DNA from: Picochlorum sp. SENEW3
Taxonomy: Eukaryota
DNA: 64,000 bases
Reading direction: 5' to 3'
Assembly: GCA_034226945.1 (NCBI GenBank)
Contig: CP120454.1
Span: 868,001 to 932,000 of the forward strand
The notes below the pieces were generated by a model. It did not search any database, was not told where the DNA came from, and saw only the letters and a list, made by a program, of their open reading frames with translations. Of this stretch, positions 22,954 to 34,766 are shown in pieces (position 1 is the stretch's first letter; every line of letters begins with the position of its first letter). Position numbers and translations under genes: made by a program.

Positions 22954-23847
22954 ATGGCATTCTCACGATACCGTAGCAGCAACACTAGTAGTAGTAGTAG
23001 TAGTAGTTTTTCTAGGAGACCATTATGGCCTCGGATAGGTGGACATCACGCTGCTGTGGTGGCACAGGCAGCAGCACGGCAAAAGACAAGGAAGAAAAAG
23101 TCCAATGTAGCAGATGGGTCGCTGTCATCGACGACCACAATACTATCAGTGGCATCAGATGGCTCTGATGCGTGGAAATTGGAGGATGCAGCCGACATGA
23201 TTCGACAGGGTATGGTGGGAATCACCCCTACAGATACATACCCTGCCCTGATTTGTGATATTTCAAACAAGGAAGCCGTGAAGAAACTGTACGAATTAAA
23301 AGGCGCGAGTCCAAAGAAGACGATGAGTATACTTGTGAGGAATATGGCGGATATATCAGAGTACACGGAGGGGTTTCCAGTGTCACATGTGCCTGGGCAG
23401 ACGAGTTTTTTCAAAGTTGCCAAGAAAATCCTGCCGGGGCCTTTCACCCTCATCCTCGGAGCATCGAAGAGTTTGCCGAAACAGATTATAGATTTTGAAG
23501 CTGGAAAGAGTAAGAAACGAAAGACAGTGGGGGTTCGATTGGTGGATCACGGGGTGTGCCAGGAGTTGTTGAACCGTTTGGACAGACCAGTACTGTGCTC
23601 AAGTGCCATTCTTCCTGACGATCGCATGGATACTGGCCATGCGTCGTCTATACCAGACGTCGGCACTATGTGTGATTACTATGGCAGTCTTCTTGGGTTT
23701 ATCATCGATGTCGAGGATGACGCGTGGGATGGGGTGGATCATGGGGAACCGTCAACCATTCTGGATCTCTCTGATGGCCATGTGACGATTGTGAGACGCG
23801 GACGTGGAGATGTGAGTTGGTTAGAAGATGGCTCGACGGCCTCGTAG
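22954..23847 (+). CDS. YrdC/Sua5/YciO-domain protein, organelle-targeted
   Basis: PTDTYPALIC, LPGPFTLIL, KRKTVGVR, PSTILDL; Ser-rich transit peptide. Confidence 0.85.
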   Translation: MAFSRYRSSNTSSSSSSSFSRRPLWPRIGGHHAAVVAQAAARQKTRKKKSNVADGSLSSTTTILSVASDGSDAWKLEDAADMIRQGMVGITPTDTYPALICDISNKEAVKKLYELKGASPKKTMSILVRNMADISEYTEGFPVSHVPGQTSFFKVAKKILPGPFTLILGASKSLPKQIIDFEAGKSKKRKTVGVRLVDHGVCQELLNRLDRPVLCSSAILPDDRMDTGHASSIPDVGTMCDYYGSLLGFIIDVEDDAWDGVDHGEPSTILDLSDGHVTIVRRGRGDVSWLEDGSTAS

Positions 23848-23931
23848 TGACATGAAGTCAACTGAAATATATCTTTATATCGAGATACCGTTCACTATAT
23901 TCGTATTTAACGAAACAACGCGTCTGACAGA

Positions 23932-24838
23932 ATGGCAACGACCACGACTGAGAAGGAAGAATCTCTGAAGCAGCTTCACTTTGTTCCCGAGTACGGGTCC
24001 AAAGGATATACAATTGCTGCAAATGCATATGAAAATGCCAAGGCATATGCACCCGAGCCTGTGAAGGAGCGTTTGTCGAAAGTCGAAGCGGTTGCGGCCC
24101 CGTTGGTGACAAAGGCAACTGATACGTCAACGCAGTTGCTCAAGACTGTGGATACAAAGGTATGTTTGGTGTTGAATAGTGATATACTGTGGGTGGTGGG
24201 GTGAATGGTAAGGGTTTGTGGTGGTGCAGGTGGATCAGGCAGTTGTGAATGCCCACAGCATGTACCAGAACAATGCTGCGTTTGTTCAGCAGCAGTTGGA
24301 GAAGCAAAAGAAATTCCATGCGAAGAACATGGAGAATTATAGAGCGGCGAGGGAGCAGTATTTGAAAAAGGTGGAGGAAGCTGTCGATTTTGTAAAGAGC
24401 AAAGGTGTTGTGGGAACTGCCAAACTCGCTGTAGATGAGGTGAGTGTTGCGCTGAAGGAGGCACGAAAAATTCCAGGATCTGTGGCGAAGAAGGTTCATG
24501 ATGCTTTTGAGAAGATGATGGCGTTGGAGTCGGTGCAGAAGATTCTCAATGGCACGCAGCCTGCTGTGCAGATGGCATACACCAAGTATCAGCAGGTCCA
24601 TGATGTTGTGGTTGCCTCTTCTTCGTACAAGAAATTGTATGACATGTCGGTGAGTACCATGACACAGGTCCAATCATCGTTCATTTATCGCAAGGCTGCG
24701 GAGAATCTGTATCCTTATGTGGCCAGGTATGCAGACCCAGCCATTGGGATGATCTCTCCATCATACCAGGCACTGATGACACATGTTGCTCCACGGGATG
24801 TGTGCCAGGCTGCTCCTGCAACGGCAGCAGTGCAGTAA
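23932..24838 (+). CDS. MLDP: Major lipid droplet protein (MLDP/oil-globule type, REF/LDAP-like N-terminus); 2 exons (intron 24160-24229)
   Basis: LKQLHFV..Y, AKAYAP, APLVTKATD, LYPYVARYADPA recall the Chlamydomonas MLDP motifs; amphipathic helical composition. Confidence 0.75.
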
Positions 24839-24901
24839 ATGATTTGTTTTGATGTACATTTGAATGCTGCTTTGTAAACAATTTGATTCCTCATAATATA
24901 A

Positions 24902-26913
24902 TTACTGCTGTGGTGCAACAAGCTCCATGTATCTTGGCTTTTTCTTCTTTAGAATTCTGTATGCCATCCACCAGTACATGAGGAGGACACGCCCTTGGCT
25001 CACCAGGGTTTCTTGTATGGTGTCGTGTCCTGCACCAAGTTCCTGTAGGACGTCTTCGCCTGCTTTGGTTCTTGGGTTTCCTTGCGTGTCTGTACCACAG
25101 TCAAATGACAATCCTGTGAATTCGTTGATGCATGCCCCTTCGAATGCGTGTTTGATGAGAGATGTCTTTGGAATCCATTTCAATGGTTTTGGAACCCCTT
25201 CGACGTTGACAAAGAGGCCACCGAACACAATAGACACGAGAATGACTGCTGGTCCAATAGCAAGGGCTGCAGATGTTGAGGGCGCCGCAGCGCCGACTGC
25301 AAGACCAAGAGCTTGTGCGGAGAAGCTTTCTGCTACCAGAATACCCAGGAATCGAACGAATTTGACGGGCTTCATTGAAAGCCCGGTGCAAGGGTACACT
25401 ATGGCACCAAAGAGCATGGGAAAGATTGACCCAATTGGGAGTTCTGCAGCCAATTTTGAAGCAAAGTATGATATCACAGGGTATGCAGACCTTCCTCGCT
25501 CTCGTTGAATGATTGTTCTTTCCTGTGGAAATACATTGAGTGTTTTGATCAGGGAACTCATGGCTGTGCCCACTGCGCTGACCTGAATAAGTCCTAGTCT
25601 CGATTGAATGTCAGACTGTTTCAACCCAAGCTTCCAATAAATTGCTGAGAATACTATTGCTGAGGATACTTGGGAGGATGCACGTGACAACAATGTGGCC
25701 TTGTCCCTTGAAATCTGCTTCCAAGAGCGATTGAGCAGGAGCATCACTTGTCGAGGAAGTGAGCATCCTGGATTCTTTGTGGAACCATCGCCATTGCCAG
25801 GTGCAGTACTTTTGATAGAAGCGTTAGTATGGGCTTGTCTCCACGCATCTGACAGGGCTGTCACTCGTGCCATGGATTCTTTTTCAGTCTCTGGACTTGA
25901 ATGATCAATGGCAACAAGATCTGCCAGAAATTCTGCCGGATTGTAATGTTCGGGACATGTGTACCCAAGAGATTCAAAATACCCTAATACTTTGGATGCT
26001 TCTCCAAAATAGACGAGCTTTCCTTCAGAGAGAAGACAAATATCATCCAGCATTTCAAAAATGCTTGATCGAGGCTGATGAATCGACATAATCACAGTGT
26101 TTCCTTCAGATGCGAGTGATTTCAAAGATCCTACAACTTGCTGCGCAGAGAATGAATCAAGCCCGCTTGTTGGCTCGTCTGCGAACAGGAGACTGGGCTT
26201 TGCAATCATCTCACATGCAATACTTAATCTCTTCTTTTCCCCTCCAGACAGTCCTCTGGTCTTCTCATCCCCTATCACAGTATCGGCACACTTCTTCAGA
26301 CCAAGACTTCGAATCACAGAGTCCACAAGGGCATCGCGTTCCTTTGCGGAACCACGTGTCCTCATCTCTGCTGCCATGGCAAGTGTTTCTCTGACAGTCA
26401 TTTGAGAGAAGAATAAATCCTCTTGAGCCACGAAACCAGTCTTAATCTTTTGAGAAGGCATTGGATTGCCATTTGCAGTCACATATCCTTCCAATTCAAG
26501 CTTCTTGGAGTACGGCAACTGCCCAGCTAGTGTGCTCAGAAGAGTCGTCTTGCCTGCATACAAGAACAGGGGTGAAATCCAAAACACGTCAACCACCGAT
26601 CGCATGAGTACCGCAACATACCCGATCCCGATGGTCCAAAAATAGCAAGGATCCTCCCAGACTTTGCGGTGCCGTGGAGATTGTCGAGTAGAAGTCGATC
26701 GGATCCTTCCTTGGTTTTCAAGCGACACGTGACCGATGACCATTCCAACTGCACCTCATTCCCATTGCTTACAGATCCATCATTGTTGATTTGAGATCGT
26801 TTGTGTTTCCGACGCCTGCGGATTGCGTTAAACACAAAGGTTCCACCAACAATACCTGCCTGAACCTGTGGAGGCAGGAACAGACACGCAGAGCCTAGTA
26901 CGAGATCCAACAT
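24902..26913 (-). CDS. ABCG half-transporter (ABCG7-like); 2 exons (intron 26554-26621)
   Basis: Walker A GPSGSG|KTT is split by the intron; LSGGEKKR signature, LFADEPTSGLDS; C-terminal ABC2 membrane domain. Confidence 0.92.
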
Positions 26914-26958
26914 GTCTATGATTACAAAATGTCAGATTAAATTCAATATGGTCATGGG

Positions 26959-28497
26959 CTACTTGCGTCCAAAGAGCAATTGCGGAGCGGTCGCATTTTG
27001 AGCAGTATTAAAAATTCCAGTAGGCTGTGGAGCTTCTTGTGGGATCACTGCAAGCATGCAATATAGATGATGGTCAGCATATGATGGTGTCGGACATAGG
27101 GCATATCATGCTTGGCACAATGTGAAAAGCATACAATGTGTAATAACCCCTGTCAATCTTGGCTCTGGGCAGTTTGTTGTGCTTGTCAGATCAACTATCA
27201 GATGTGCAAGCGACTCTATTTCACTGCCGAGTTTCCATAATGTACATGCAACGTACCCATTGATTGATTTTGTATGCTCTTGAAATCATCGTATTTCGTA
27301 AGAAGCAACGAAGCATCGTTCTGGCGAAGGCTTGTTTCATTCTGTGCAGCTTCTCTGAAAGGATCTGATGCACCTCCCTTTCTTTGGATATCGTAGAGTG
27401 CCTTTGCTTTCGCTTTTTGAACCTTGTCATCCAATTCTTGAATCGTTGCTGCCACCCTCATCACGCAGTCGTGCAAATTTGAAATGGATGCCTGCAGCGC
27501 AGTCACTGATGTGTCTGGAGTCGCTGCTTTTGATCGTTTCTTGTCCTTGATCGTCACTTCTAATTCATGAACCGCTTGTAACTGCGCATTCAGTTTGTTC
27601 TTAAACGTTTCCAGAGTTTCTTCTAAAAAGGGATATGGAAGTGACATTGGTGGTCCCAATTCCTCCATGGAATGCCCTGGTGCACTGGACTTTGTCATAC
27701 TCCTCCATGCTATTGCTCGCTTGTAAGAATACACAGCAGCTTCTGTATGTCGAACGAGATGAATTGCGGCTTTTCGAAGACTCTCAACTTCATTCGTATC
27801 GAATGTTTCACGCATGGAAAGAGCAGAAATGTTTTGCGAGATGATTTTTGCCTGCTGGGTTATATCCATGGTCGCATCATTTCCTGATACAAAGTGATCC
27901 TGATCTTCTAGCTGTTTACACTCTTGGCTATACTTTTTGACAGTTTTCCTGCACACGGCACAACAAAGCAGTGGTCAAATAGATGAACAACAACACACAA
28001 TGGCTGACTGAGACATCCACATACTCCAACTCCAACAAGTATTGCTGCGCCTGTGGACTCAGATCCTCCCACTTTGAACTATGTGCTACTGGTCTATTGT
28101 CTTTTGTCAAGAGCTGCACGTTCCCGCCTGCCGTCTGCTGGGTCTGTGCTGAGCCAAACCCCGCATTTTGAAAGCTCTGTGTTGACGATGGAGAGAACGA
28201 AAATCCACCTGGCGATTTCCCTGCATTTCCAAACATTGATGGAGTACTCGCTGCTCCAAACAACCCTGGTTTGCTCGCCGCTGGTGTACTAAAGGTGGAT
28301 GGTGACGAGAAACTGAATCCAGCCCCACTCGACGCTGCACCAAACGCAGGCTGCGACGCAGCTCCTCCAAATCCAGTCGACGTATTTTGTGATCCGAATA
28401 ATCCACCCCCAGCAGAAGACGCGAAAGGAGAGGATGCACTCGATGCTCCTCCGAATGAAAACGCTGAGCCCGTATTTCCTCCAAACGAAAACGCCAT
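26959..28497 (-). CDS. NUP58: FG nucleoporin Nup58/Nup49-like; 3 exons (introns 27949-28024, 27048-27256)
   Basis: N-terminal FG/FSF repeats, central coiled coil, inferred last exon VIPQEAPQPTGIFNTAQNATAPQLLFGRK*; the last exon is less certain. Confidence 0.7.
27085..27231 (-). ncRNA. Candidate intronic box H/ACA snoRNA (predicted guide for LSU rRNA pseudouridine equivalent to yeast Psi2416)
   Basis: Two pocket-containing hairpins inside the 209-nt Nup58 intron; ACA followed by 3 nt at the 3' end; guide arms UAGAGUC and GCACAACA are complementary to conserved LSU CUGUUGAGC-UU-GACUCUA; H box is non-canonical. Confidence 0.55.
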
Positions 28498-28696
28498 TTT
28501 ATTCTATATTAGTTTTCTATTCAATTATCAAAAGCATCGATGCAAAATCTGCCTTCAGACAACTCCAAACCGTCTGTTTCCCGGCAAAGGGCACAGTTGA
28601 TGTTGCGGCACTCGTTTGGGAGAATACCAATCAACTACAGGCGATTACAAAATCACTATTTTTCTTTTTCACATCTGCTATCCCAGTACAACAGTA

Positions 28697-30257
28697 TCAT
28701 GGCATTTGACTTGCCAACACGCGCCCAAATATCTCACAGCATGCCTCAATCTCTTCCATGTTCACAGTCAATGGAGGCACCAATCGGACAATATCTCCTG
28801 CTCCAGCTGTAATGATGAGTAGGCCTTCATCACGAGCAGCGTTGACAAGGGGTCCAGCGGGGGCATCCAATTGGACACCGCAAATGAGGCCTACACCTCG
28901 AATGTCCTTGACATGAGGGTTTCCTGACGTGACCTTCGTAAGGCCTTGGCGGAGAGCATCTCCCTTGACAGTCACGCTATTCAGAAATTCCGTGTTATTA
29001 ATAATGTCAAAGACGGTGCATGCAGCATGGCAGACCAATGGATTACCAGCAAATGTTGAGCCATGATCTCCTGGACTCATGACATCTGCAACACGCTGTC
29101 TCATCAACACCGCTCCGATCGGAAGTCCTCCGGCCAGAGGCTTTGCTAATGTCATGATATCTGGCTCCACGCCATAGTGATCATGCCCCCACAGCTTTCC
29201 TGTCCTTCCAAGTCCAACTTGAACCTCATCAAACACTAACAATGCACCAGCCTCATCACACAAGGCTCGCAATCCCTCCAAAAATTCCCTTCCTGCTGGA
29301 TGAATACCACCCTCACCCTGAACAGGCTCAACAAATACTGCAGCCGTCTTTCCCTTTTGAATCACCTGTGCTGCAGCATCCAAGTCCTTGTATGGAGCCA
29401 TCACTGCCCCCGGCATGACTGGCTGGAAGGGCGTTTTATACTGTTCTTTATACGTCAATGCTAATGCTCCCATCGTTCTTCCATGAAATGAGTTTGTAAA
29501 CGATACAATCTCATGCGGTCCTGATGCCGAGGCATCATATGGGTCAACCCCAGCCTGCACCTTGGCAAATTTCCTGGCAAATTTAATCGCAGCTTCGTTC
29601 GCTTCCGTACCAGTATTCGCATAGAAAACTTTATCAGCGAAAGAATTTTCTACAAGCCTCTTGGCAAGCTGCGTCTGAGGCTCTGTATGGTACAAATTTG
29701 ATGTATGGGTCAACCTCCCAGCTTGCTCCACAACTGCCTCAAGCCACCGTGGATCACCATGCCCAAGCGCATTCACCGCAATACCAGCAGCGAAATCCAA
29801 ATACGTGTTCCCTTGTGTATCATACAACGTTGTCCCTTCTCCTCGAGTGAAAACGACATCTGGTCTGCCATATGTTTGCAGAATATACTGCTTCTCAGAA
29901 CCAATGACAGTCTCGGCAACAGTATCAACCTCCGTCGCTGCCATTACCTGTATGTACAACAACAACATCATGAGCAATATTAGATTGGCGTCATCATCGT
30001 GGCATACAGAATTAGCCATGTGTGCTGAGGGAATTCCGCATGGCGAAAGACTCTCTCGGTAGCCCTACTGAATAACATTGATCTCCCCTATGAAATCTTG
30101 CAATATGTAAGATTTTTAGATGATGATGACATACCTGACGAGACAGGCATCCCAATCGCCTGCTCAGTGGACATGGACGTGGGCGACCAGAGCCGTGTAC
30201 CGGACCTTGGGAATACTGACCCACCCGTACCGAATCAAGTCTATTTGCATTCATCAT
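28697..30257 (-). CDS. argD: Acetylornithine aminotransferase, organelle-targeted; spliced 5' end
   Basis: [58 protein letters not shown] lysine in TLAKPLAGG; 5' exon structure approximate. Confidence 0.92.
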
Positions 30258-30401
30258 ATAGTTGAGTAAAAATTAGATATGAATTTACACTGGGTTGCCT
30301 GCTCTATGGTTGATTGTCAAATCAGAAACCCTCATGGGGGTAGACCACCCAAGCCCTCATGGCAGGCATCCCTGATTCAACAACAAATACCAGGACTTTT
30401 T

Positions 30402-31073
30402 TTACTCGTATATCCAGGATTCCACAACACGGTCATACGTAGAAACTTCATTGGATGAGAACCACAGGGCAATCTCTCTCTGTGCAGACGCATCAGAATC
30501 ACTTCCATGGATGATGTTGCGTCCAACATCAATGCCATAATCTCCTCTGATGGTTCCTGGTGCTGAAGCGAGTGGGTTTGTCGCACCAATCATTGTCCTA
30601 CCATATCCAATAACACCCTTTCCTTCAAAGACAAGAGCCAAGACTGGACCTGATGTCAAAAAACCGACCAATTTGGGAAAGAATGGCTTGCCATCATGCT
30701 CTGCATAATGTGCCTTGGCAGTCTTTTCTGATGGAATAATCAGCTTTGCTGCCACAAGTTTGTATCCTTTCTTCTCAAATCTAGCAATTATATCTCCACA
30801 CAGTCCTCTATTCACGCCATCTGGCTTCACCATGATGAAGGATCGTTCCTTTTGTGAGGAGCAGAGAGCAGCCTGCGTGCCTGCTGCAGAAGCAAACACT
30901 CCTGCAGCGATAGCTGCACCCATCTTCCATCCACTGCTCGCTGCAGAACCGTTGTTCATAAGAGACGATGCGTGTGTAGCATATCCATACTTGATAGCAG
31001 AGCCGATCGCTGCTGTAGTTTGCTCCAGGCATGTTCCACGCCTGGCCAACGTGGTCAACCCTCTTCGAAACAT
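30402..31073 (-). CDS. NDPK: Nucleoside diphosphate kinase, mitochondrial NDPK3 type
   Basis: [28 protein letters not shown]; bipartite presequence. Confidence 0.95.
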   Translation of the reverse strand: MFRRGLTTLARRGTCLEQTTAAIGSAIKYGYATHASSLMNNGSAASSGWKMGAAIAAGVFASAAGTQAALCSSQKERSFIMVKPDGVNRGLCGDIIARFEKKGYKLVAAKLIIPSEKTAKAHYAEHDGKPFFPKLVGFLTSGPVLALVFEGKGVIGYGRTMIGATNPLASAPGTIRGDYGIDVGRNIIHGSDSDASAQREIALWFSSNEVSTYDRVVESWIYE

Positions 31074-31367
31074 GGCTATCGATTCTCGAACTCCTGTAAT
31101 TACTATTTTTTTAATGCATCTGGAATTATACTGAACAGGGTGTGATTATGCAATCATCCATCATCCATGGCCATGACTCACCTGCACCCCTGGAAGTGAG
31201 AGATCTGGACACATGGTGGTATCATGTGGATGTATATCACATGATGAGATGACGCGCGAAGAAGAAGAACAGAAATCCGCATGGATTTCTGAAAAGAAGA
31301 AGACAGTTGTATTATACATACATACATTGTTGCAGGAAAGAAAAGAAAAAAGTCCTACTAGTAATAA

Positions 31368-32036
31368 CTAATACACAACTTGGACAGATTGAACCTTGTT
31401 AAACACCTCCTTATATCCCTCTGCAAATTCTTTCGCTTCTGAATCGTCATCTGAAGAGCTGGCCTTGACTGGCTTTGGGAGGATGAGCATACAAGATGTA
31501 GGTCTCTTGGTCAAACCTGCTTGCCCAAGCACCTCTTTTGAAGGCACAAAGATGTATGGAATATCATTATCCTCACAAAGCACTGGGATAGGGGTCACTA
31601 CGTCGATAGGAGAGATATCTCCTGCTAGAATACACACTCTGCAGCAATAATAAGAATACACACTTGTGTTGAGAGTCATGGCATGTCACCAGTGAACGCC
31701 ACGTCACCACATCGCACCCTTTCGTCTTCTTACGAATAGCTTTGATAACTTCTTTTACTCCTCGTTTAACTTGTTTACGCTTTGCTGCCTTTTTCACTAA
31801 CTTTAATACCTGCATGCACACAATCCGACAACATTGCTCACTGATTGTCTGTTGAAAGGTACTGATGCGTTCATATCGCATACCTTTTTCTGTAATTTAT
31901 CATCAGCAAGTGGTTTTGCAATCGGAGCGAGATATTCGGTTTTCACAGGGGCGACGTCGTCGCCAGCTCCTCCCGTGCTTTCTCGCTTGGCCTTTTTCTC
32001 CTTCTTTGAGGACGATTTCTGTTTCTGATCTCCCAT
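31368..32036 (-). CDS. NHP2: H/ACA snoRNP subunit NHP2 (L7Ae family); 3 exons (introns 31810-31883, 31639-31717)
   Basis: PIAKPLA..KL.KK|VLKLVKKA..KRGVKEV.K|G.CILAGDISPIDV...PVLCE...PY.FVPSK..LG...TKRPTSC; joined length is a multiple of 3. Confidence 0.93.
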
Positions 32037-32223
32037 GTTGTGATGATATGTAGTATTTTTTTTACAGATAGTATTTTTACTGTATGTATCACTGAAAATG
32101 TCCCGATACATGCATCATGCACGCTCAAAAGTATGTCTCAGAAGATCTTGCAGAAATCTCCCTCAGCTAGCTGAGTAGAAGAACAGAAAAGGAATCAGAT
32201 CTTTTGGCAACTAGTCAATCCAT

Positions 32224-32583
32224 TTAGCCTTTGCACTTTCCATACTCTGAGTCACACTTGTTTCTTGGGCAAGCGACGTTCTTCATTTTAGCGCTCGAGT
32301 ACAGAGTGCAGGTTGTTTTTCCACCAAGGATTGCCAGATACGCAAATTTCTTGCATTTTCTTTCATTTTCGCACTGTGCCCTGCACCAGAGCTCCACGCA
32401 GTCGTTGCCCTGCATAGCTGGTGTATCAGCTTCATCGAATTGCTTGACAATCTTGCCCTGATACGTCTTAATTTTCCCGGGCCCTGAGTTGTAGTCGGGT
32501 TTCATGGTGCAAATCTTCATGGCCATGGCCTGTCTCACAGTGACAGCCACCAGGCAGAGCAGAAGCAGGAATGGTTTAAACAT
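32224..32583 (-). CDS. Small secreted PAN/apple-domain protein
   Basis: Signal peptide MFKPFLLLLCLVAVTVRQAMA; C-x3-C-x5-C-x2-F-x-Y...C-x-L pattern (CRAQCENERKCKKFAY...TCTLY). Confidence 0.7.
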   Translation of the reverse strand: MFKPFLLLLCLVAVTVRQAMAMKICTMKPDYNSGPGKIKTYQGKIVKQFDEADTPAMQGNDCVELWCRAQCENERKCKKFAYLAILGGKTTCTLYSSAKMKNVACPRNKCDSEYGKCKG

Positions 32584-33194
32584 TGTCTCGGAATTCGACA
32601 CGCGTCTTCTGTAATACTTCTGCGTACAAAAATACATGTATATGAACGATAGTAAGGTGCATCTTGCTGCATATGGAAGAGGGTTTAAGGGTGGAGAAGG
32701 GACGGGGGAAAGACGAAAGTCGACCTGACGCGTGTATTATACAAGTCACATGTCTGTAATGGATACAAAGTACGCACCTTTAATGATATTAATGTATATT
32801 GGAATGGTTTGATGAAGGGCTCGGTATGGGGATATCTACTACAAGTAGATACCGTGTCGGATACCGCGGCCTACATGTACATGGGGTCTGCTGACCTGGC
32901 GGCCTGCCGCGGGTTCGCAATGGCCACAAATACCTGTTTGGGACAGTTTTTACATGGCTCATGAGGGATATGATGGAATGTTAGAAGGATATCGATAAAT
33001 ATTATTATTATTTTGGGCCTGTTATTCTATATCGTACTAAAACGATGTAAAAAAGGGGGTACTACTACATCTGGGCGTACTGATTTTGATATTGTACCCG
33101 ATTATACATGAAAAAAGAGATGAGTCTCTTTCTCTCTTTACCAATGGTGCACACGGGCAGATTACTATTGTTTTGGAAACAGTGGAGTACATAA

Positions 33195-34766
33195 TCACAT
33201 CTGTCCTCCCATGGAGATATGAATTTTGTCCTCCAAGCCCAAAGCCTCAATGACTGAGGAAATCGAGAGTTCAGTGGCATAATCTCGAAGAGACTTCCCA
33301 TAGATGTCCTTGATTTCAAAGTCAATCATGTTTCTCAGGGCAGCCATCTCATTTTTGTTGTTGTTGACTCTCATTGCATCGTGTAACACTGTGGATGGCC
33401 CAGGCATGTGTGCAGCAAGATAGAGCTTTCTCCAAATCACGAGACCTCTGACTGCCTGACAAACAGAGCAGATGATATCGTCTTTCCTGCCATGACTAAT
33501 ATTTTCCTCATCAAATGCAGACAAGAACGCTTGGATAAGATCTGTTTGCCCTTTCTCGTTCACAGCATTCGGATCCACTCCCTTTTCAAACAGCCAGTCC
33601 AAAATCTCCACACGTGAAGGGTTCTTCCAAAAGAGCTGTGCAGTGACAAGGAAGGGATTGGAAGAAGTCAAATCACTTCCATTGCTTACCCTCGTATTGA
33701 ATCCTGACGCAGGCAATGGATCAAAATAATTCATAATGGCATGGGAGCTATACTCTGAGTCCAATAACCAGACAAAAAGCTTCCTCAGGAGCACGGGGTT
33801 CTCGTTTCTATTCTCAGTCACAACACTAAAGAAACGATTCCCTCTCATACAGTTTGGCATTGGGCAGACTCCTACGTCCAGCAAGATGAGAATTAATGAA
33901 AAATCAACCTGTTTCTCAAAAGCAAAGAGGAGATAATTGAGGTCGAATGGATCAAAGTAACGGTTTGGATCAAAGCCCTCGTAGCATGCAATGAACTGGA
34001 CAAGTGCATAATCACCAGAAGACAAAGCATCGTGCATGGGAGCATAGCAAGACTCGTCGTTGTCGAATCCATTCACACAGCAGCCATTTTCAATCAGTAA
34101 CGTTAAGACACTGTAATCTGCGCTCAGTGTGACCTCCGAGGGCATCATGTTGCGTCGATCTTGAACTCCCAAAGCAATGTCCATTGGCTTGAGACCATCA
34201 ACCGGGCTAAATCCATCCACGCCAAACTCTTCCGTTTTCATGCAGGATGGATCATACTTGATGAGTAGCTTGATAGCTTTGAAGTACATCTCGAGATTGG
34301 CACGGTCGTTCAGTCGCCTGGCTTCAAATCGGAGAGAGATGGTTTGACTAAGAATATTGATAGAGAAGCCACCCCATAAGTTCATCGGTTCATCTTCATA
34401 CAAAACCACCTTGGCACCATGCTTGAGCAGTAGCTCCACTTTTTCAATCTCACAGTTGTAAATACATGCCATCAATGGAACGTCTCGACTCAGCCGTATT
34501 TGAATATCCAGTGGATCATTCCTCAGTGTATGCCAAAGATGCGTAGGATCATGATCAGGCTTTGCACCAAGCTCTTCCAAGAACCATTGCGTTGTTTCCA
34601 GATCCATAGTACTTATGTGACAGCGAAAGATACGGTTCAAATCTTTCTGTTGCATTCCTTGGTCGAGGAGTGTCTTGACAGTCGACTTCAAACCCTTCAT
34701 GTCTGAATTTCCTCCGAACGACCTCTTGGCACAAACCTTGTCGATTTCTGATGATACATCAACCAT
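33195..34766 (-). CDS. Divergent ankyrin-repeat protein
   Basis: PLMACIYNCEIEKVELLLKHGAKV, PMHDALSSGDYALVQFI, LFEKGVDPNAVNEKGQT, IKDIYGKSLRDYA; intronless. Confidence 0.75.
   Translation of the reverse strand: MVDVSSEIDKVCAKRSFGGNSDMKGLKSTVKTLLDQGMQQKDLNRIFRCHISTMDLETTQWFLEELGAKPDHDPTHLWHTLRNDPLDIQIRLSRDVPLMACIYNCEIEKVELLLKHGAKVVLYEDEPMNLWGGFSINILSQTISLRFEARRLNDRANLEMYFKAIKLLIKYDPSCMKTEEFGVDGFSPVDGLKPMDIALGVQDRRNMMPSEVTLSADYSVLTLLIENGCCVNGFDNDESCYAPMHDALSSGDYALVQFIACYEGFDPNRYFDPFDLNYLLFAFEKQVDFSLILILLDVGVCPMPNCMRGNRFFSVVTENRNENPVLLRKLFVWLLDSEYSSHAIMNYFDPLPASGFNTRVSNGSDLTSSNPFLVTAQLFWKNPSRVEILDWLFEKGVDPNAVNEKGQTDLIQAFLSAFDEENISHGRKDDIICSVCQAVRGLVIWRKLYLAAHMPGPSTVLHDAMRVNNNKNEMAALRNMIDFEIKDIYGKSLRDYATELSISSVIEALGLEDKIHISMGGQM

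Noticed and set aside
31241..31292. ATGATGA...CTGA plus a 9-bp hairpin between NDPK and NHP2
   Set aside because: Only ~52 nt, low-complexity GAA interior, no terminal stem or guide
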